Part shown: positions 28,774-39,904 of the stretch, in pieces
Layout: the number at the start of each line of letters is the position of its first letter
Position numbering within the stretch: the first letter of the stretch is position 1
IMG/VR virus record: IMGVR_UViG_3300030520_000004
Length of the DNA: 64,000 nucleotides
Reading direction: 5' to 3' (one strand)
From: an uncultured virus (IMG/VR IMGVR_UViG_3300030520_000004)
Taxonomy: Duplodnaviria; Heunggongvirae; Uroviricota; Caudoviricetes
Program-made: the position numbers and the translations under genes
Notes under the pieces: generated by a model
Database searches by the model: none
The model's input: the letters and a program-made list of their open reading frames with translations, nothing else
Told to the model about the DNA's origin: nothing

Positions 28774-31700
28774 TCAGCGCGGGCACCGGCACGACGGCAG
28801 CACGTGCACCCGGCCGAAGCTGGCGTCGTAGCACCCCTCCGACAGGACGGGACGCTCGGGCCGCCGGTCCCCGAACGGCGTGGGTGCCTCCAGCTGCTGG
28901 GCGAGGCAACCGACGACCCCGCCGAGCGCGGTCTCCAGCGGCGAGTCCGGGTCGAGCGAGCCGATCATCGTACGGAGGCTGGCGGCGGTTGAGCGGCGGG
29001 ATTGCTCGTAGTCGGCGAAGGTCGCATTGTCGGCCTGCACGACTTCATCGTCGTAAAGCCGCGCCCGCACCTCCTCCAACGGGCAGCCGCCGTCGCAGTA
29101 CGTCTCTTCGCAGATGGGGCAGCAGCCGCCGTCCCAGGCAACCTCGGCGGCGTGTGCAGCATCGAGACACTGGGTGCGCTGCTCGTCGGGGAACCAGTAG
29201 GCGACGGTGCGCAGGGTGGCGATGGTCGTAGCCACGGCGGCCGGAATGCTGGTGGTGGTCACGGCTGCTCGCCGAGGTCAACGGGCTCGTCGGCGATCCA
29301 CATGGTGATCTCCTGATCCACGTACCGGCCGAGTACCTCGATCAGGTTGTGCGGGCCGAGGGTCAGCCGGTCGTCGCCGAGGGGCGTGAACTCGCTGTAG
29401 CCCCAGCCCAAGCCTGTCACGAGCGAGTCCTCGGTGAATCGCTCGTCGGCAATGGCGACGGTGACGGGCCCGCTGAACGCGGCAGCGTCTATGCCGGCGA
29501 TGACATCGCTGTCGCCGATGTGGATGGCGCCGTCGTCTTCATCATAGGAGACGCGTGAGGCATCGCCTTCGGTGACGACGCCGGTGAAGCGGAGAACGGT
29601 CATGACCACCATGATGCGCTCACCGGTCGGCTGGCGTTGCGACGTTGACCAGCAACCGGTGGATCGACGGGCAGTCCGCGCACGACGGCTCGGAGATCAT
29701 ATCGGTCTCGTACGCCCTGCCGCGCTTGCAGGACTCACCGGCGTGGCGGCTCCACGGATGATGGCAGCCCGGGCAGAGGTCGGCGTCGGTCACGGCTCCT
29801 CGCCGTCGTCGATGCTGCCCATGTCCATGGCCTCGACCCGCACTTCCGGGTCGAGCACCCGCACGATCTCCTCAACGAGCTGTCGGCGCAGCGCCGACTT
29901 CCTGTGCTGCTGGATGAACTCGCCTTGATCCCAGTCCCACGGCGGGACCAGGTCCCGCACCTCGATGACCTGCCCGCGCAGCAGAACCATTGAGGTCAGC
30001 AGGATGAAGGGGCGGTTCGGGCACTGCTGGTCGTGCAGGTCCGGATCGTACGGCCGGATCCTGTCGTCGCCGTTGGGCTGGACTGCGCCGCAGCCGTTGC
30101 ACATCACCATCGCGCTCATGGGACCAATGATGCGCCTCGGGCCTCGGGCGCAGGGTCAGCCAAGGGAGAAGCTGCCCGGCTCCGGTCGAATCAACTGGGC
30201 AACGCCGTCCGGCACATCAAGGCACACCTCCACGGACAGCCCGTCGTCCGCGACCTTCGCGGCGGTGATCGTGCAGGTGGTCGTCTCGCCGCCGACGTTG
30301 AGCGGGACTGTCTTGCCGACCTGGGAGTCGAAGGCGTTCGGCGCGAAGACGCCGCCGTCCGGTGCGGGCTGATCCATCGCGATGCGAGTCATGGTCACCA
30401 TGGTGCACCCGCGCCTGGACATGCGAGGCCCCCGCCGACGGGGGACGGCGAGGGCTGGGTCCAGCATGCGCCCGGTGGTGGCGGCGCGGGGGCGGAACGG
30501 GCGAATCGCTACGGCCGCCACTGCGAGAGATATCCGGGCCGGTGGGCGTACTGCACAGCGATGCCCCGCAGCGTTGGACATGGCGCTGGCATGGGCTCGG
30601 CGTGCCGGTACTCCACCTCGCAGGCGTCGTCCAGCCACTCCCAGATCCAGCGCGCGCAGGTGCGGCAGTCGCCGTCCTTGGTGGAACCGTGCAGGTCGAT
30701 GACGCGACCCAGCACCTCGGCTCGGTCGGCCTCAAGTTGACGGTGTAGCCAGGAGACGATGTCGGCGGTCAAGGCGTTGCCCGAAGCAGGAACGCCCGCA
30801 TCCCAACCTGCGCGAATGCCGGATCGGGTGCGACTGGCAGGCCGGGGCCGACGTGGATCACGTTCGACGCGAAGATCGGCCGGGCGTTGTCGATCGCCTC
30901 AGCCTCGGTATGGCCCCGCGCGAGGACTCAGCGGCCGTGGGCGTTTGCGACCTGCCAGAACGGGCCCGAGTCCGGAACTCCGTCGCCTCGGCTCTGACTC
31001 GGCGCGAGGCCGCACGCCCACTGGCCATCGGCGGTGAAGCCATGTCCGATGTGCCCGAGGACATTCCGATACCCCGACTCGCCGCCCGGCACCACAGTGA
31101 CCGTGTGGTCGGGCTGCGGCTGCATGGCTGCGCAAGCCCTGTCGATCATCGCGCTGGCCTTCGCTACCAGGTCTTCGTTCATCGCTTCCTCCGCCGGTTC
31201 CGCTGCCGCAGGTGATAGCGGGCGTCCAGAGCGGACGGTCGCCCGGCTTGGATCTCGTCGAACGTCGCCAGCAGCGGCTGCATGCCCTGCCAGGCCGCAG
31301 TCACCCGCTCGGCCAGCTGACGGAAGGCGTCCGTGGTGATCGCAGTGAACTCGACGAGTACCTGTCGAGCCTGCTCCGGCGTCGGCTCCGGTCGCCACCG
31401 CATCGAATCCGCGCTGCCGCGCCAGTCCGCGAGGGTGCCGTCGATAGCGGCCAGGATGTCGGTCACAGCCAATCCCACCCAGCGCCGCCGCTGATCGTCG
31501 CGGGGAGATCCGGCCGCTCGATCGGCTCGGTGAATGGGAACGCCCGGATAGCAGATTCGGGGATGAAGTACCCGAACCACCCGCTGCCGCTGCCGTCGAC
31601 CTCCAGCCGGTACAGGCCGTCGATCACCCCGGCCGCGATCGCCGTCTGCGCATCCTCGTCGCTGAGCCGGATCGATGGGGCTCCGTCTGCGCTGCGAAAC

Positions 31701-32219
31701 CAGTAAGCCTGCGCCGGGGCCTGTGCGGTGATCGCCTCGTTGCTCATGTCCAGCTCCATTCCCCGTGCTCATCTCGGATGAGGTGGATGCCGCAGTTGGT
31801 GCACACCCCGAACGCCTCGCGGTCGACCACCGTGGTGTGGGCGCAGTTGAACGCGGCGATGGCGCGCAGGCCGACGGCTGCGGCGGCCATGGTGCCGGGC
31901 TGCGGCTGGATGCCGAGTTCGTCGTACTCCAGCACAGCGAGCGAGGCTGGCGAGCTGACCGCGCGCCGCACGGCTGGCGGTCGACGCCAGAAGCGGAGGC
32001 TCATGACCAGTCCACCGGGATCGTCAGCGACGGCTCGACGGTCAACAGCGTCGCCCCGGAGTTCATGAGGACGTCGTCAGCCTGGAGCCGCAGCAGAGCT
32101 GGCGCCCCGTCGGGGTAGGCCGCCAGCTCCTCGTCGGTGAGTAGGCGCGGCTCCTGTCCGGACAGGACGAGGTAGGTGCCCGTTTCGGGGGCGGTCCAGC
32201 GGATCGTCATACCGGCCAT
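28774..32219 (-). CDS. Array of about 12 small hypothetical genes (e.g. 28774-29262, 29259-29612, 29790-30119, 30509-30772, 30928-31182, 31179-31466, 31463-31747, 31744-32004)
   Basis: Co-oriented, overlapping start/stops; several CxxC motifs; 30509-30772 resembles the DUF6221-like paralogues (CPTLRGIAVQYAHRPGY). Confidence 0.55.
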
Positions 32220-32242
32220 CATCCTCCCCGGTCGCCCAGTGG

Positions 32243-32908
32243 TCACGCCCATGGCGGCCGTCCGCCCGCAGCCCAGGCGGCCAGCCCTTGCCCGTCGACC
32301 AGTCGCAGCGGCTCCGGCAGCAGCCGGTTGAACCTGACCGCGTCGGCCGTGAACCCCGACGTCGTCACCACTGCGGCCAGGTGCGTCCGGTGGACGTCCC
32401 GGTAGGTGCCGTTCACGGCCTGGAGCGCGGGAGACCGGACCGGATTCCCGACGCCGTAGCGCTTCGCCTGGATCAGGATCCGTCGGTTGCGGGGCAGCCA
32501 GAACTGCCACCACCGGCGGCCGGGCAGCGTCGCTAGGACGTCCGCAGCGTGATCATTGGCACCGCCGACGCGGGTCACACGGGTGCAGCCGTCACGACGG
32601 CACAGGTCAGCGAGCGCGAACTCGAACTGTACGTCGTCCATGCGGAGGAAGTCGGCGAGGCTCTGGGCGCGGTGGATCCGCAGCTCCTCCCGGCGGCGGC
32701 GTACCTGCCAGCGGGCGGCAAACACCATGCCCGTCGCGGCCAAGGCGAGCACAACCCCGGCGATACTCAGCGCAGCATGCGCGGCCAGCACCCGCCACAG
32801 CGCGGCGCACGCCCAGTAGACGCCGACCAGCGCCAGGACCAGCGACACCGGGTGGACGCGGCGCCTGCGATTGCGGCGGGCGGGCCGGTAGCGCCAGGTC
32901 GCGCTCAC
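32243..32908 (-). CDS. Membrane-anchored Mrr-like restriction endonuclease
   Basis: Two TM segments then FE…L…G…VGGANDHAADV…LIQAKRY…VVTTSGFT; GTG start. Confidence 0.85.
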   Translation of the reverse strand: MSATWRYRPARRNRRRRVHPVSLVLALVGVYWACAALWRVLAAHAALSIAGVVLALAATGMVFAARWQVRRRREELRIHRAQSLADFLRMDDVQFEFALADLCRRDGCTRVTRVGGANDHAADVLATLPGRRWWQFWLPRNRRILIQAKRYGVGNPVRSPALQAVNGTYRDVHRTHLAAVVTTSGFTADAVRFNRLLPEPLRLVDGQGLAAWAAGGRPPWA

Positions 32909-33342
32909 CGGCCAGCCCGGAACGTGGAGTTGTTGCCCTGGTGGAAGTTCTTGATCCGCACGCCGCCGCTCGACACCACAGCAACGACCGCGACTGCAGC
33001 TGCGACCGCCACCACCGCCAGCGCCACCAGGGCGTGCTCGGCGATCGACATGCCCTTGAACAGCCAGAAGCTCCCGGCGCCCACGCCGATCGCGCACACC
33101 CCGGCACCGGCCAGGAAGATCCCAGCCCCGGCCAGCAACTGCGGTCGCTGGTCGAACTGGGGCAGCGGCTGCGGCTGGTAGGCGTAGTAGGGGGCGTGGC
33201 CCGGGAGGTGGACGACGCGGGCTGTCGGCGGCACCATGCCGGGAGCCTCGGGCGGGGCGTACGGGCTGACCGGATACGCCTGCGCCGGGGCAGCGAGAGC
33301 CTCGTCCTGCGCCCAGTCGTAGAAGTCGGTGCGGTGGGACAT
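32905..33342 (-). CDS. Spd-like small membrane protein
   Basis: Pro-rich N-terminus, two TM helices; coupled to the TraB-like gene. Confidence 0.6.
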   Translation of the reverse strand: MSHRTDFYDWAQDEALAAPAQAYPVSPYAPPEAPGMVPPTARVVHLPGHAPYYAYQPQPLPQFDQRPQLLAGAGIFLAGAGVCAIGVGAGSFWLFKGMSIAEHALVALAVVAVAAAVAVVAVVSSGGVRIKNFHQGNNSTFRAGR

Positions 33343-35444
33343 CAGTTCTCCCCAACAGTTCGGAACGCGTACAAGCCGCGGGCCGGCTGGTGGATGCGCG
33401 GGTCGGCCGCGAGCCAGGTCGTGACGGCGGAACGCGACGGTGCGGTCTGGCCTGGGTAGGTGTCGCCGAAGACGGTGATGATCGCGGACGGGTTGATGCC
33501 CTTTGCGCCCGCCCTGCGGACGATGTCCAGGACCAGGCTGATCCGCGGATCCGAGCCGGGCTTGACTGGCTGCTCGGGCTCGGTCGTGGCGGGCTTGGCC
33601 CAGTCGATGCCGCCGCCAGCCAGGATCTCCCGGAACTTCGCCTCGGTGTCCGGGTCGCGGTCGGAGGCGTCGGACATGGCCTCGTGCAGCCTGCGGCGGA
33701 CCGCCTCCGCTTCGTCGATCGCGGACTGTGCGTCTCCGCCTGCGGGCGAGGAGGGGCTGCCCCAACCTGCAGTGATGCCGGAGCCGCGCGTCGGCGTCGG
33801 CGGCTCGTCGGTGCTCTCGTCCTCGGTGGCGGTCGCGACCGGGACTGCGCCGCCGAAGAGGTGCTCGGTGTTCTCCCACCGGCGCTCGTACGCCTCGCCT
33901 GCCGCCCGGCGCGACAGGTCGTCCAGTTCGGGCCGCCGGTCGGCGCAGGCGGCGACGATGTCCCGGATCTGGTTCGGCTTGATCCGGAAGACCTTGAAGG
34001 GCCGGGCCGGCTCGTCGTCGATCTTGATGAAGCCGCAGCCCGCGTATGGGGCCTCGTCGGGGCTGACACGGTCGGACCAGCCGAACAGGTACGCCATCTC
34101 GGCTTCGTCGGACTTCATGCCGATCTTCAGTGCGGCCTGCTTGACCAACTGCGGCTCGGTGACGACGTCCTGGGTGGCCCGCAGCGCAGCGTTCTCGACG
34201 TTGCAGGCAACGGCCCGGCCGAGCTCCAGGACCTGCACGATGATGTCGCCAGTCTCCCGCAGTACCGGGTCCCGCCGGGCCTTGGGGGAGAACAGTTCAG
34301 CGATCTCGTCGTCGTTCAGCACGATCCCGGGCACGGCGGCGCTGATCGGGAGCTTGTCGGTGTTGGCGGCGATCTCCAGGTGCTTGTACCCGGGCTTGCG
34401 GGTCTTCGCGATCCGCAGCAGCGCCTTCGCCATTGCCAGGGCCTTCTCCGGCGTGTCTGCGATCCAGTCGACCGGGGGCCGCCCGGGTCGCCCGGCGGCT
34501 TCCCAGGCGTGTAGCCACGCCAGCGCAAGGCCGCCTCCGTTGAGGTCGATCACCCAGGGCAGGCAGTCCGTCATCCGTACCTGGTTCGCGATCTTGACGT
34601 TCATCAGGTTCGTCTTGCCCGAGCCCCGGCGTCCGGCCGTGAACCCGGAGCGCTCGCGCAGGTTGGGTGCAGCGGCGGTGCCGTCGCGGTAGATGCCGTG
34701 CGGATTGGGTCCGTCCAGGGACAGGGGCGAGTAGTCGGTGGGGTAGTCGGCGTCGTCGATGAGGGCGTTGACGGTCGCCACGTCGATGAGGACGGCGCCG
34801 CGGTGCGCTCCGGCCTTCATCTCGACGCCGCAGCCCTCGGGGAGCCGGGCCTCGGCGGCGAGCGAGTCGCAGTAGGGGAGAAGGTCGCGCCACTTGGTGC
34901 CGCCGAGGCATTCGGCGTCCAGGGTGAGGCCGGCTCCGGAGTCCCACATCTCAACGCCGACGATCTTGACAGTTGCCCCGGTGCACACGAGTGCGATCCG
35001 GGCATCCCACTCGTCGGCGATCTTCTGCCGCTGCCAGTCCATCGTGGCGCGCTGCACCGCGGCCTCGACCTCGGCCTTGCGTGCGGCCTGCCGCTCCTCG
35101 ACATGATGCGCGCCGACCAGAGAGGAACCCAGGCCGACCGTGCCGGCGAACAGGGCGCCGATCACGGACGGATGCCACGGGCCCACCGAGACGGCCCACC
35201 GGCACCACGCACCGGTGGCAAGCCACGAGGCTGCGTGCAGGCCCAGCGTCAACCGGGGCCAGCCCTTCCGCGCCCCGGCGACAGCAGTGCCGAGCATCCC
35301 CGCGCCGGCAGCAGCCAGGGCCCAGTCCGGGGGCAGGTGTGTCATCTGCCCGAGCCACGACATGGACGTCGTCGTCAGTCCGGCCATGAACGGCCCGGAC
35401 ACGGGGCCGTGGCCGCCGTCCCAGTCGAGATCGTCGAGGTTCAC
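33342..35444 (-). CDS. TraB-like FtsK/SpoIIIE-family DNA translocase
   Basis: N-terminal TMs, Walker A GRRGSGKT, VIDLNGG, Walker B VLNDDE, ATQ, C-terminal winged-helix-like region. Confidence 0.8.
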   Translation of the reverse strand: MNLDDLDWDGGHGPVSGPFMAGLTTTSMSWLGQMTHLPPDWALAAAGAGMLGTAVAGARKGWPRLTLGLHAASWLATGAWCRWAVSVGPWHPSVIGALFAGTVGLGSSLVGAHHVEERQAARKAEVEAAVQRATMDWQRQKIADEWDARIALVCTGATVKIVGVEMWDSGAGLTLDAECLGGTKWRDLLPYCDSLAAEARLPEGCGVEMKAGAHRGAVLIDVATVNALIDDADYPTDYSPLSLDGPNPHGIYRDGTAAAPNLRERSGFTAGRRGSGKTNLMNVKIANQVRMTDCLPWVIDLNGGGLALAWLHAWEAAGRPGRPPVDWIADTPEKALAMAKALLRIAKTRKPGYKHLEIAANTDKLPISAAVPGIVLNDDEIAELFSPKARRDPVLRETGDIIVQVLELGRAVACNVENAALRATQDVVTEPQLVKQAALKIGMKSDEAEMAYLFGWSDRVSPDEAPYAGCGFIKIDDEPARPFKVFRIKPNQIRDIVAACADRRPELDDLSRRAAGEAYERRWENTEHLFGGAVPVATATEDESTDEPPTPTRGSGITAGWGSPSSPAGGDAQSAIDEAEAVRRRLHEAMSDASDRDPDTEAKFREILAGGGIDWAKPATTEPEQPVKPGSDPRISLVLDIVRRAGAKGINPSAIITVFGDTYPGQTAPSRSAVTTWLAADPRIHQPARGLYAFRTVGEN

Positions 35445-35474
35445 AGACGGACCCTTCTCCCAGCGAGGCCGGGA

Positions 35475-36848
35475 CTAGTTGGAGGCGACGTCCCACATGC
35501 GCTCGCCCTCGGGGCCCTTGCGCGGCGTCTCGATGCGGGCGATGTCGACGTCGTGGAGCTTGCGGAACGCGATCGGCAGCTCGCTGGCCATCTCGGCTGC
35601 CTTGAGTTGCAGGGAGTGGATCTGGCGCATCATCTCGATGATCTGCGGGGCCAGCGGATGTTTCGCGTCGGCGTTCTCGACGGTGATTTTCATGGCTTCG
35701 GCGTGCAGTTCCAGGGCCTGCTGAAGCCCGGCGAAGTCCCGCCCGACCTGCATCATGCCGGTGGGCGCGTAGTTGGCTGCGGCCTGCGCCCCCTCCATGG
35801 CGGGGGCGACGAAGTGGTATCCGGACACGGCGGGTGCTCCTGTGGTCGAGGTGGTGGATGCGGCGGTGGGGCGGCGGACGGTGGCGGCGATGCTCGGCTT
35901 CGGCTCGTCGGCGAGGGCCGGGTCTTTGCGTTTGGCGCGGTGCTTCAGCCACGCCTCCTTGACGCGCTGGGCGCCCTTCCGCAGGGACCGGTGCTTGATC
36001 AGGTTCCACAGTCCTGCGCGGGCCGACCGCAGGGCATCGGAGGTGGCGCCGCGCAGGCGTTTCAGGTCGGCGCGCTCTGCGGCGATCATCTTCGCCCGCG
36101 CCTGCTTGCGGTCCGGCCGCCCCTCAGCCCAGGCGCGGCCGGCACGGCGGGACAGCTCGGCGGCCTTGTGGCCCAGGCCCTGCCGGTCGCTCCGGCCGAC
36201 CTTGGACTTGCCGTCCATGCCGCCGCGCTTCTTCGAGTGGGGCTTCACCTTGCCGTCGCCGCCACGGAGGCGGTCCGCGAGGCGGGGCAGAGCAGAGGAC
36301 CCAGCCGGCCCTGAACCTGCGCCGGAACCCCGACGGGTTCCAGCCCGCGCCGAACCGGCCGTCGACCCCAGGCCTGAACCGGTGCGCGGCGAACCGGTTC
36401 CGACGGAACCAGACGCGGAACCAGCACGGGAGCTCCGGGTGGAACCAGCCGACGTGGAACCTGCACCTGAACGCGGCGACGGAACCGACCAGGAGCCGGC
36501 GCCACCGGGCCGGTTCGACGCCCGAGCGGCAGCCCTCCGCTGAACCGTTCCGCGGCGACGCACCACCCCGGCGGTGCCGGCCCCGACCATGCCGATGCCC
36601 GCGGCTGCCAGGACCGGCCAGCCGCCTGCCGCATACGCCCCCGTGGCCATGAGCGTCACCGCGTTCCCGGCCGCGGCCATCGCCGGGGCGGCCGGGATGC
36701 CGCGCCTGCGCCTGGATGACCTGGCTGTGGGCTGCGGCTCGGCTCCGGCGGGCTGCTGCCAGTCGGCTGTGACCGCCGGCGCCGGTGCTGCCGGGGGTGC
36801 GAGCGGCGGGGCGGTCGGGGGTGCTGGCGGGGCCTGGGTGTCCGCCAC
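35475..36848 (-). CDS. TraA-like/transfer-associated membrane protein
   Basis: TM segment, Gly/Ser- and Arg-rich linker, C-terminal FRKLHDVDIARIETPRKG…WDV motif; upstream of the TraB-like gene. Confidence 0.55.
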   Translation of the reverse strand: MADTQAPPAPPTAPPLAPPAAPAPAVTADWQQPAGAEPQPTARSSRRRRGIPAAPAMAAAGNAVTLMATGAYAAGGWPVLAAAGIGMVGAGTAGVVRRRGTVQRRAAARASNRPGGAGSWSVPSPRSGAGSTSAGSTRSSRAGSASGSVGTGSPRTGSGLGSTAGSARAGTRRGSGAGSGPAGSSALPRLADRLRGGDGKVKPHSKKRGGMDGKSKVGRSDRQGLGHKAAELSRRAGRAWAEGRPDRKQARAKMIAAERADLKRLRGATSDALRSARAGLWNLIKHRSLRKGAQRVKEAWLKHRAKRKDPALADEPKPSIAATVRRPTAASTTSTTGAPAVSGYHFVAPAMEGAQAAANYAPTGMMQVGRDFAGLQQALELHAEAMKITVENADAKHPLAPQIIEMMRQIHSLQLKAAEMASELPIAFRKLHDVDIARIETPRKGPEGERMWDVASN

Positions 36849-36956
36849 GGTGATCTCCTTGCGTCGTCGTCGGTCATAGGGGGAGGGTCACGCGCAGGTC
36901 AGGGGGGTGATAGTGCGTCGTCGTCGCCGTGGACGACTACGACGACGACAGGGGTC

Positions 36957-37817
36957 CTACTCGGCATCGCCGTGCTCCTCGGCCCAGGTGGTGCGGGCCT
37001 CAATGAGCCGGTTGTAGGCCGTCGTCTTCGACAGGCCGGTCTGCTCCTGCACGAACTTGAGCTTCACTGTGTCGTAGCCGTGCGCCTCGATCAGGTCGAG
37101 GATCTGCCGGACCTGCTCCATGACCGAGGGCGTCTGGGCGGCTGACTCGGGGACTGGCCGCTCGGTCTTCGCCTTGGGTCGCTTCGGGGTGCGGCGGTTC
37201 AGGTTCAGGGGTTCCGCGGGGTTCCGAGGTTCAGGTTCCGCCGGGGGTTCAACCTGGGCGAGCCCTGGTTCGAGCATGGGCTGAACCTTTGGTTCCGGCG
37301 CTGGAACCTTTAGAGTTCCGGTCCCTGCGGGAACCATGGAACCTGGGCCCTGGACCGGAACCTCGATCGGTTCGGTATCGGGTTCCGTCTGGTTCCGCAG
37401 GAGCACCTTTTGGAACTGCCGCATGAGGGCGCCGAACGCGAACAGGGCGGCGACGGGTGGAACCGCCGCCACGATGTACGTCATCGCTGAGGCGTCGGAA
37501 CCGACTCCGGCGACGTTCAGTGCGATCGACCCGCCGGAACCGATCACCGTCAGTCCGACTGCGGCGTAGTCGACGCGGCGGCTGAGTGAGGCGACCAGGA
37601 GCAGGGTCTCGCCAATGACGATGAACAGGTCGACGGTTGCCGGCCACGCCCAGGCGCGTACGCCGGCGAGGCCGTTGAGGCTGGCGACGGTGTGCAGGTG
37701 CGCGTAGGAGAGCCAGAACGCGGCGGCGGTCAGGATGATCGTGGCGGCGACCGCGCCGAGGGCGAGGCGGCGCAGCGTGGCGGGCGATGCCGCCTGCTGC
37801 TCGTCGGTCTCGGTCAC
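36957..37817 (-). CDS. DUF2637-like (Spd-type) membrane protein with C-terminal HTH
   Basis: AFWLSYAHL…AWAWPATVDLFI…SIALNV…AAVPP; EP-rich linker; TGLSKTTAYNRL. Confidence 0.8.
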   Translation of the reverse strand: MTETDEQQAASPATLRRLALGAVAATIILTAAAFWLSYAHLHTVASLNGLAGVRAWAWPATVDLFIVIGETLLLVASLSRRVDYAAVGLTVIGSGGSIALNVAGVGSDASAMTYIVAAVPPVAALFAFGALMRQFQKVLLRNQTEPDTEPIEVPVQGPGSMVPAGTGTLKVPAPEPKVQPMLEPGLAQVEPPAEPEPRNPAEPLNLNRRTPKRPKAKTERPVPESAAQTPSVMEQVRQILDLIEAHGYDTVKLKFVQEQTGLSKTTAYNRLIEARTTWAEEHGDAE

Positions 37818-37880
37818 GGTGCTGTCCTCCGGAGACGGGTGTGCCGGGCAGCAGACGCTGCCCGGCGCGGGGTGGGCGGT

Positions 37881-39053
37881 TCAGTGCTTGGTGCGGTGCT
37901 TGTCGCCGAGGCCCAGCACCCGGGGCTTGGGCTCGGCTCGGAGGCTGACCTCGACCCGGGATGCCTGGGTCTCGGGCTCCTGCTGCTCGTTCCGAAGGTG
38001 GATCTGGACGCGGGATGCGGGCTGGTCGGCCATGGCCGGGTCCTCTCGGCTGGCAAGGTTGGCGCGGTGGATGCCGCTGGAGACGGCGAGCATGGTGCGG
38101 AGCTCGGCGGTCTGGGCGGGGCTGAGGTGGTAGGGGGCGTCGCCGACGATGATGGTCTCGCCGGGTCCGTCGGGGCCGGGCAGCAGCGATGTGGCGTTGT
38201 ACCAGTCGAGGAATGCTGCGGTGAGCTCCAGCGGGGAGGTCACAGGGCCATCCCGTCCAGGCGCTGGAGGTAGACGTCGTCCGCAGGCCGCTTGGGCTCC
38301 ATCTGCGGCGCGTCGGCGGTCTGCGTGTCGGCGGGCTGCTCGGGTTCGGGCTCGGTGGGGGAGTTGGCGTAGCTCATCGCGTGTCTCCTGCCATGAACTC
38401 GGCGGCGTGCTGGTGCCATTCGTCTCCGCGCTGCCTGATGGGGGTGGGCGGCTCGGTGGGGACGGCGGGGCCTTGGCGCAGGGACGGCAGGATGGTGTGG
38501 CCGTCGGTGTCGAGGAGCGGGAGTTGGGTCACGCCGCACCGCCGAGGGCGTTCGGCTCCAGCAGGAAGAACAGGACGGCGAACTGCGAAGTCCCGACCTT
38601 GTCCGGCCATGAGGTCCCGGACGACGTTGTAGCTGCTGGTGTGCGTGTGAATGCCGGGGACGGCATCGATCTGGCCGTCGAAGCTTCCCTGGAGTCCGTC
38701 TGCGGTCTGGACCGTCATGATCCAGTGGAACTCGATCTTGTTGCCGCTCATCGTGCGCCGCCGATCGGCTCGTTCCGGAAAGCGCCCCAGGCCGCTGGCT
38801 CGCCAATGCCGACCGGCCGAATACCGGCGTCCGCCATCTGCTGGTCGAGTTCGGCGCGGGTGACGCCGACCGGGCCGTAGGGCGCGGACGGGATGTGCAG
38901 GTCGTGGGCGAGCGGCCGGGCGGTGAGCTTCTGCGCGGGTGCGGCCGGGCGCGGGGCGATGTGGGCGACGGTCAAGTCGGGGGCGCGGAGCTGGGGGATG
39001 ACGGTGACGTGCGGGGATGCTGTGCTGATCGGGGACGCGCTTGTACTCTGCAT
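37881..39053 (-). CDS. Five small hypothetical genes leading the transfer operon (37881-38243, 38240-38377, ~38374-38531, ~38528-38751, 38748-39053)
   Basis: Coupled ORFs in the same orientation. Confidence 0.5.
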
Positions 39054-39191
39054 GGTGATCTGCCCGTTCGCTTGAAGGTGATGGGCGGGTCTGGCCCCAG
39101 TCGTCTGCCGGGAAGCTTCGACTGGGGCCGTTCTCGTTGTGCAGGATCGAGAGTACCGAACTTCTAGCCATACGGCTATAAGTCGGGGAGA

Positions 39192-39485
39192 ATGGTGAAC
39201 GTGGCCGGGACAGAAGGAGGGCCAGAGTTGCTGTCATTCCGGGAACTGGCCCGCAGGCTGGTCGCCGACGACATCGTCGAAAGCATCAGCCACCAGCGGG
39301 TCTCTCAGCTCTCCCGAGAGGACCCCGACTTCCCGCCCGTAGTCACCGTCGGTCGCTCCAAGGCCGTCGACTGGTTCGCCGCAGCGCCGTACTTCCGAGA
39401 GCGGAAGGCAGGGCAAGGACGGCGGACCGACCTGGAAAAGAAGCGCGCGGCCTCGGCAGAAGATCCCCAAGGAGACGACTCGTGA
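39192..39485 (+). CDS. AlpA-like HTH regulator divergent from the transfer operon
   Basis: LLSFRELARRL…ISHQRVSQLSREDPDFPP…GRSKAVDW. Confidence 0.7.
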   Translation: MVNVAGTEGGPELLSFRELARRLVADDIVESISHQRVSQLSREDPDFPPVVTVGRSKAVDWFAAAPYFRERKAGQGRRTDLEKKRAASAEDPQGDDS

Positions 39486-39904
39486 TCCTCACCCGCAGCA
39501 CGACCTACTGGTCGACCGGCATCAGCCTGCGCTGGCGGGAGACCACCCGCGACGGCACCACCCGCTCCGCCTGGGGTGGCAGCGTCGACTACCTGGATGA
39601 CGGCTTCGTCGGCGACGACGACGCGGACACGGGGAAGGTCTCGACCGAGGGCGAGCTGCGGACCCGCTATCTCGTCACGGACGGCAAGGTCGCGTCGGGC
39701 CTGAGCGCGATTGTGGATGTCCTCCTCGCGGACGCGGCTCGGCTTGGGATCGAGTTCCGGGGGACGCTCGGAGATCGGCCGTACCTGATGATCGAGACCG
39801 AGGACGGCGCGCCGGACAACTACCGGGAGCTGCTGATCGACGAGGCCGAGCGGATCGGGTGGACGACGATGTACGCCCGCGCCAGCGTTGAAGACCCCGC
39901 ATGA
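39482..39904 (+). CDS. Hypothetical protein
   Basis: GTGA overlap, 140 aa. Confidence 0.7.
   Translation: MILTRSTTYWSTGISLRWRETTRDGTTRSAWGGSVDYLDDGFVGDDDADTGKVSTEGELRTRYLVTDGKVASGLSAIVDVLLADAARLGIEFRGTLGDRPYLMIETEDGAPDNYRELLIDEAERIGWTTMYARASVEDPA

Noticed and set aside
32243..34069. 608-aa ORF as a single protein
   Set aside because: Only the last ~221 aa (from GTG 32908) are Mrr-like; the rest overlaps the TraB-like gene out of frame.
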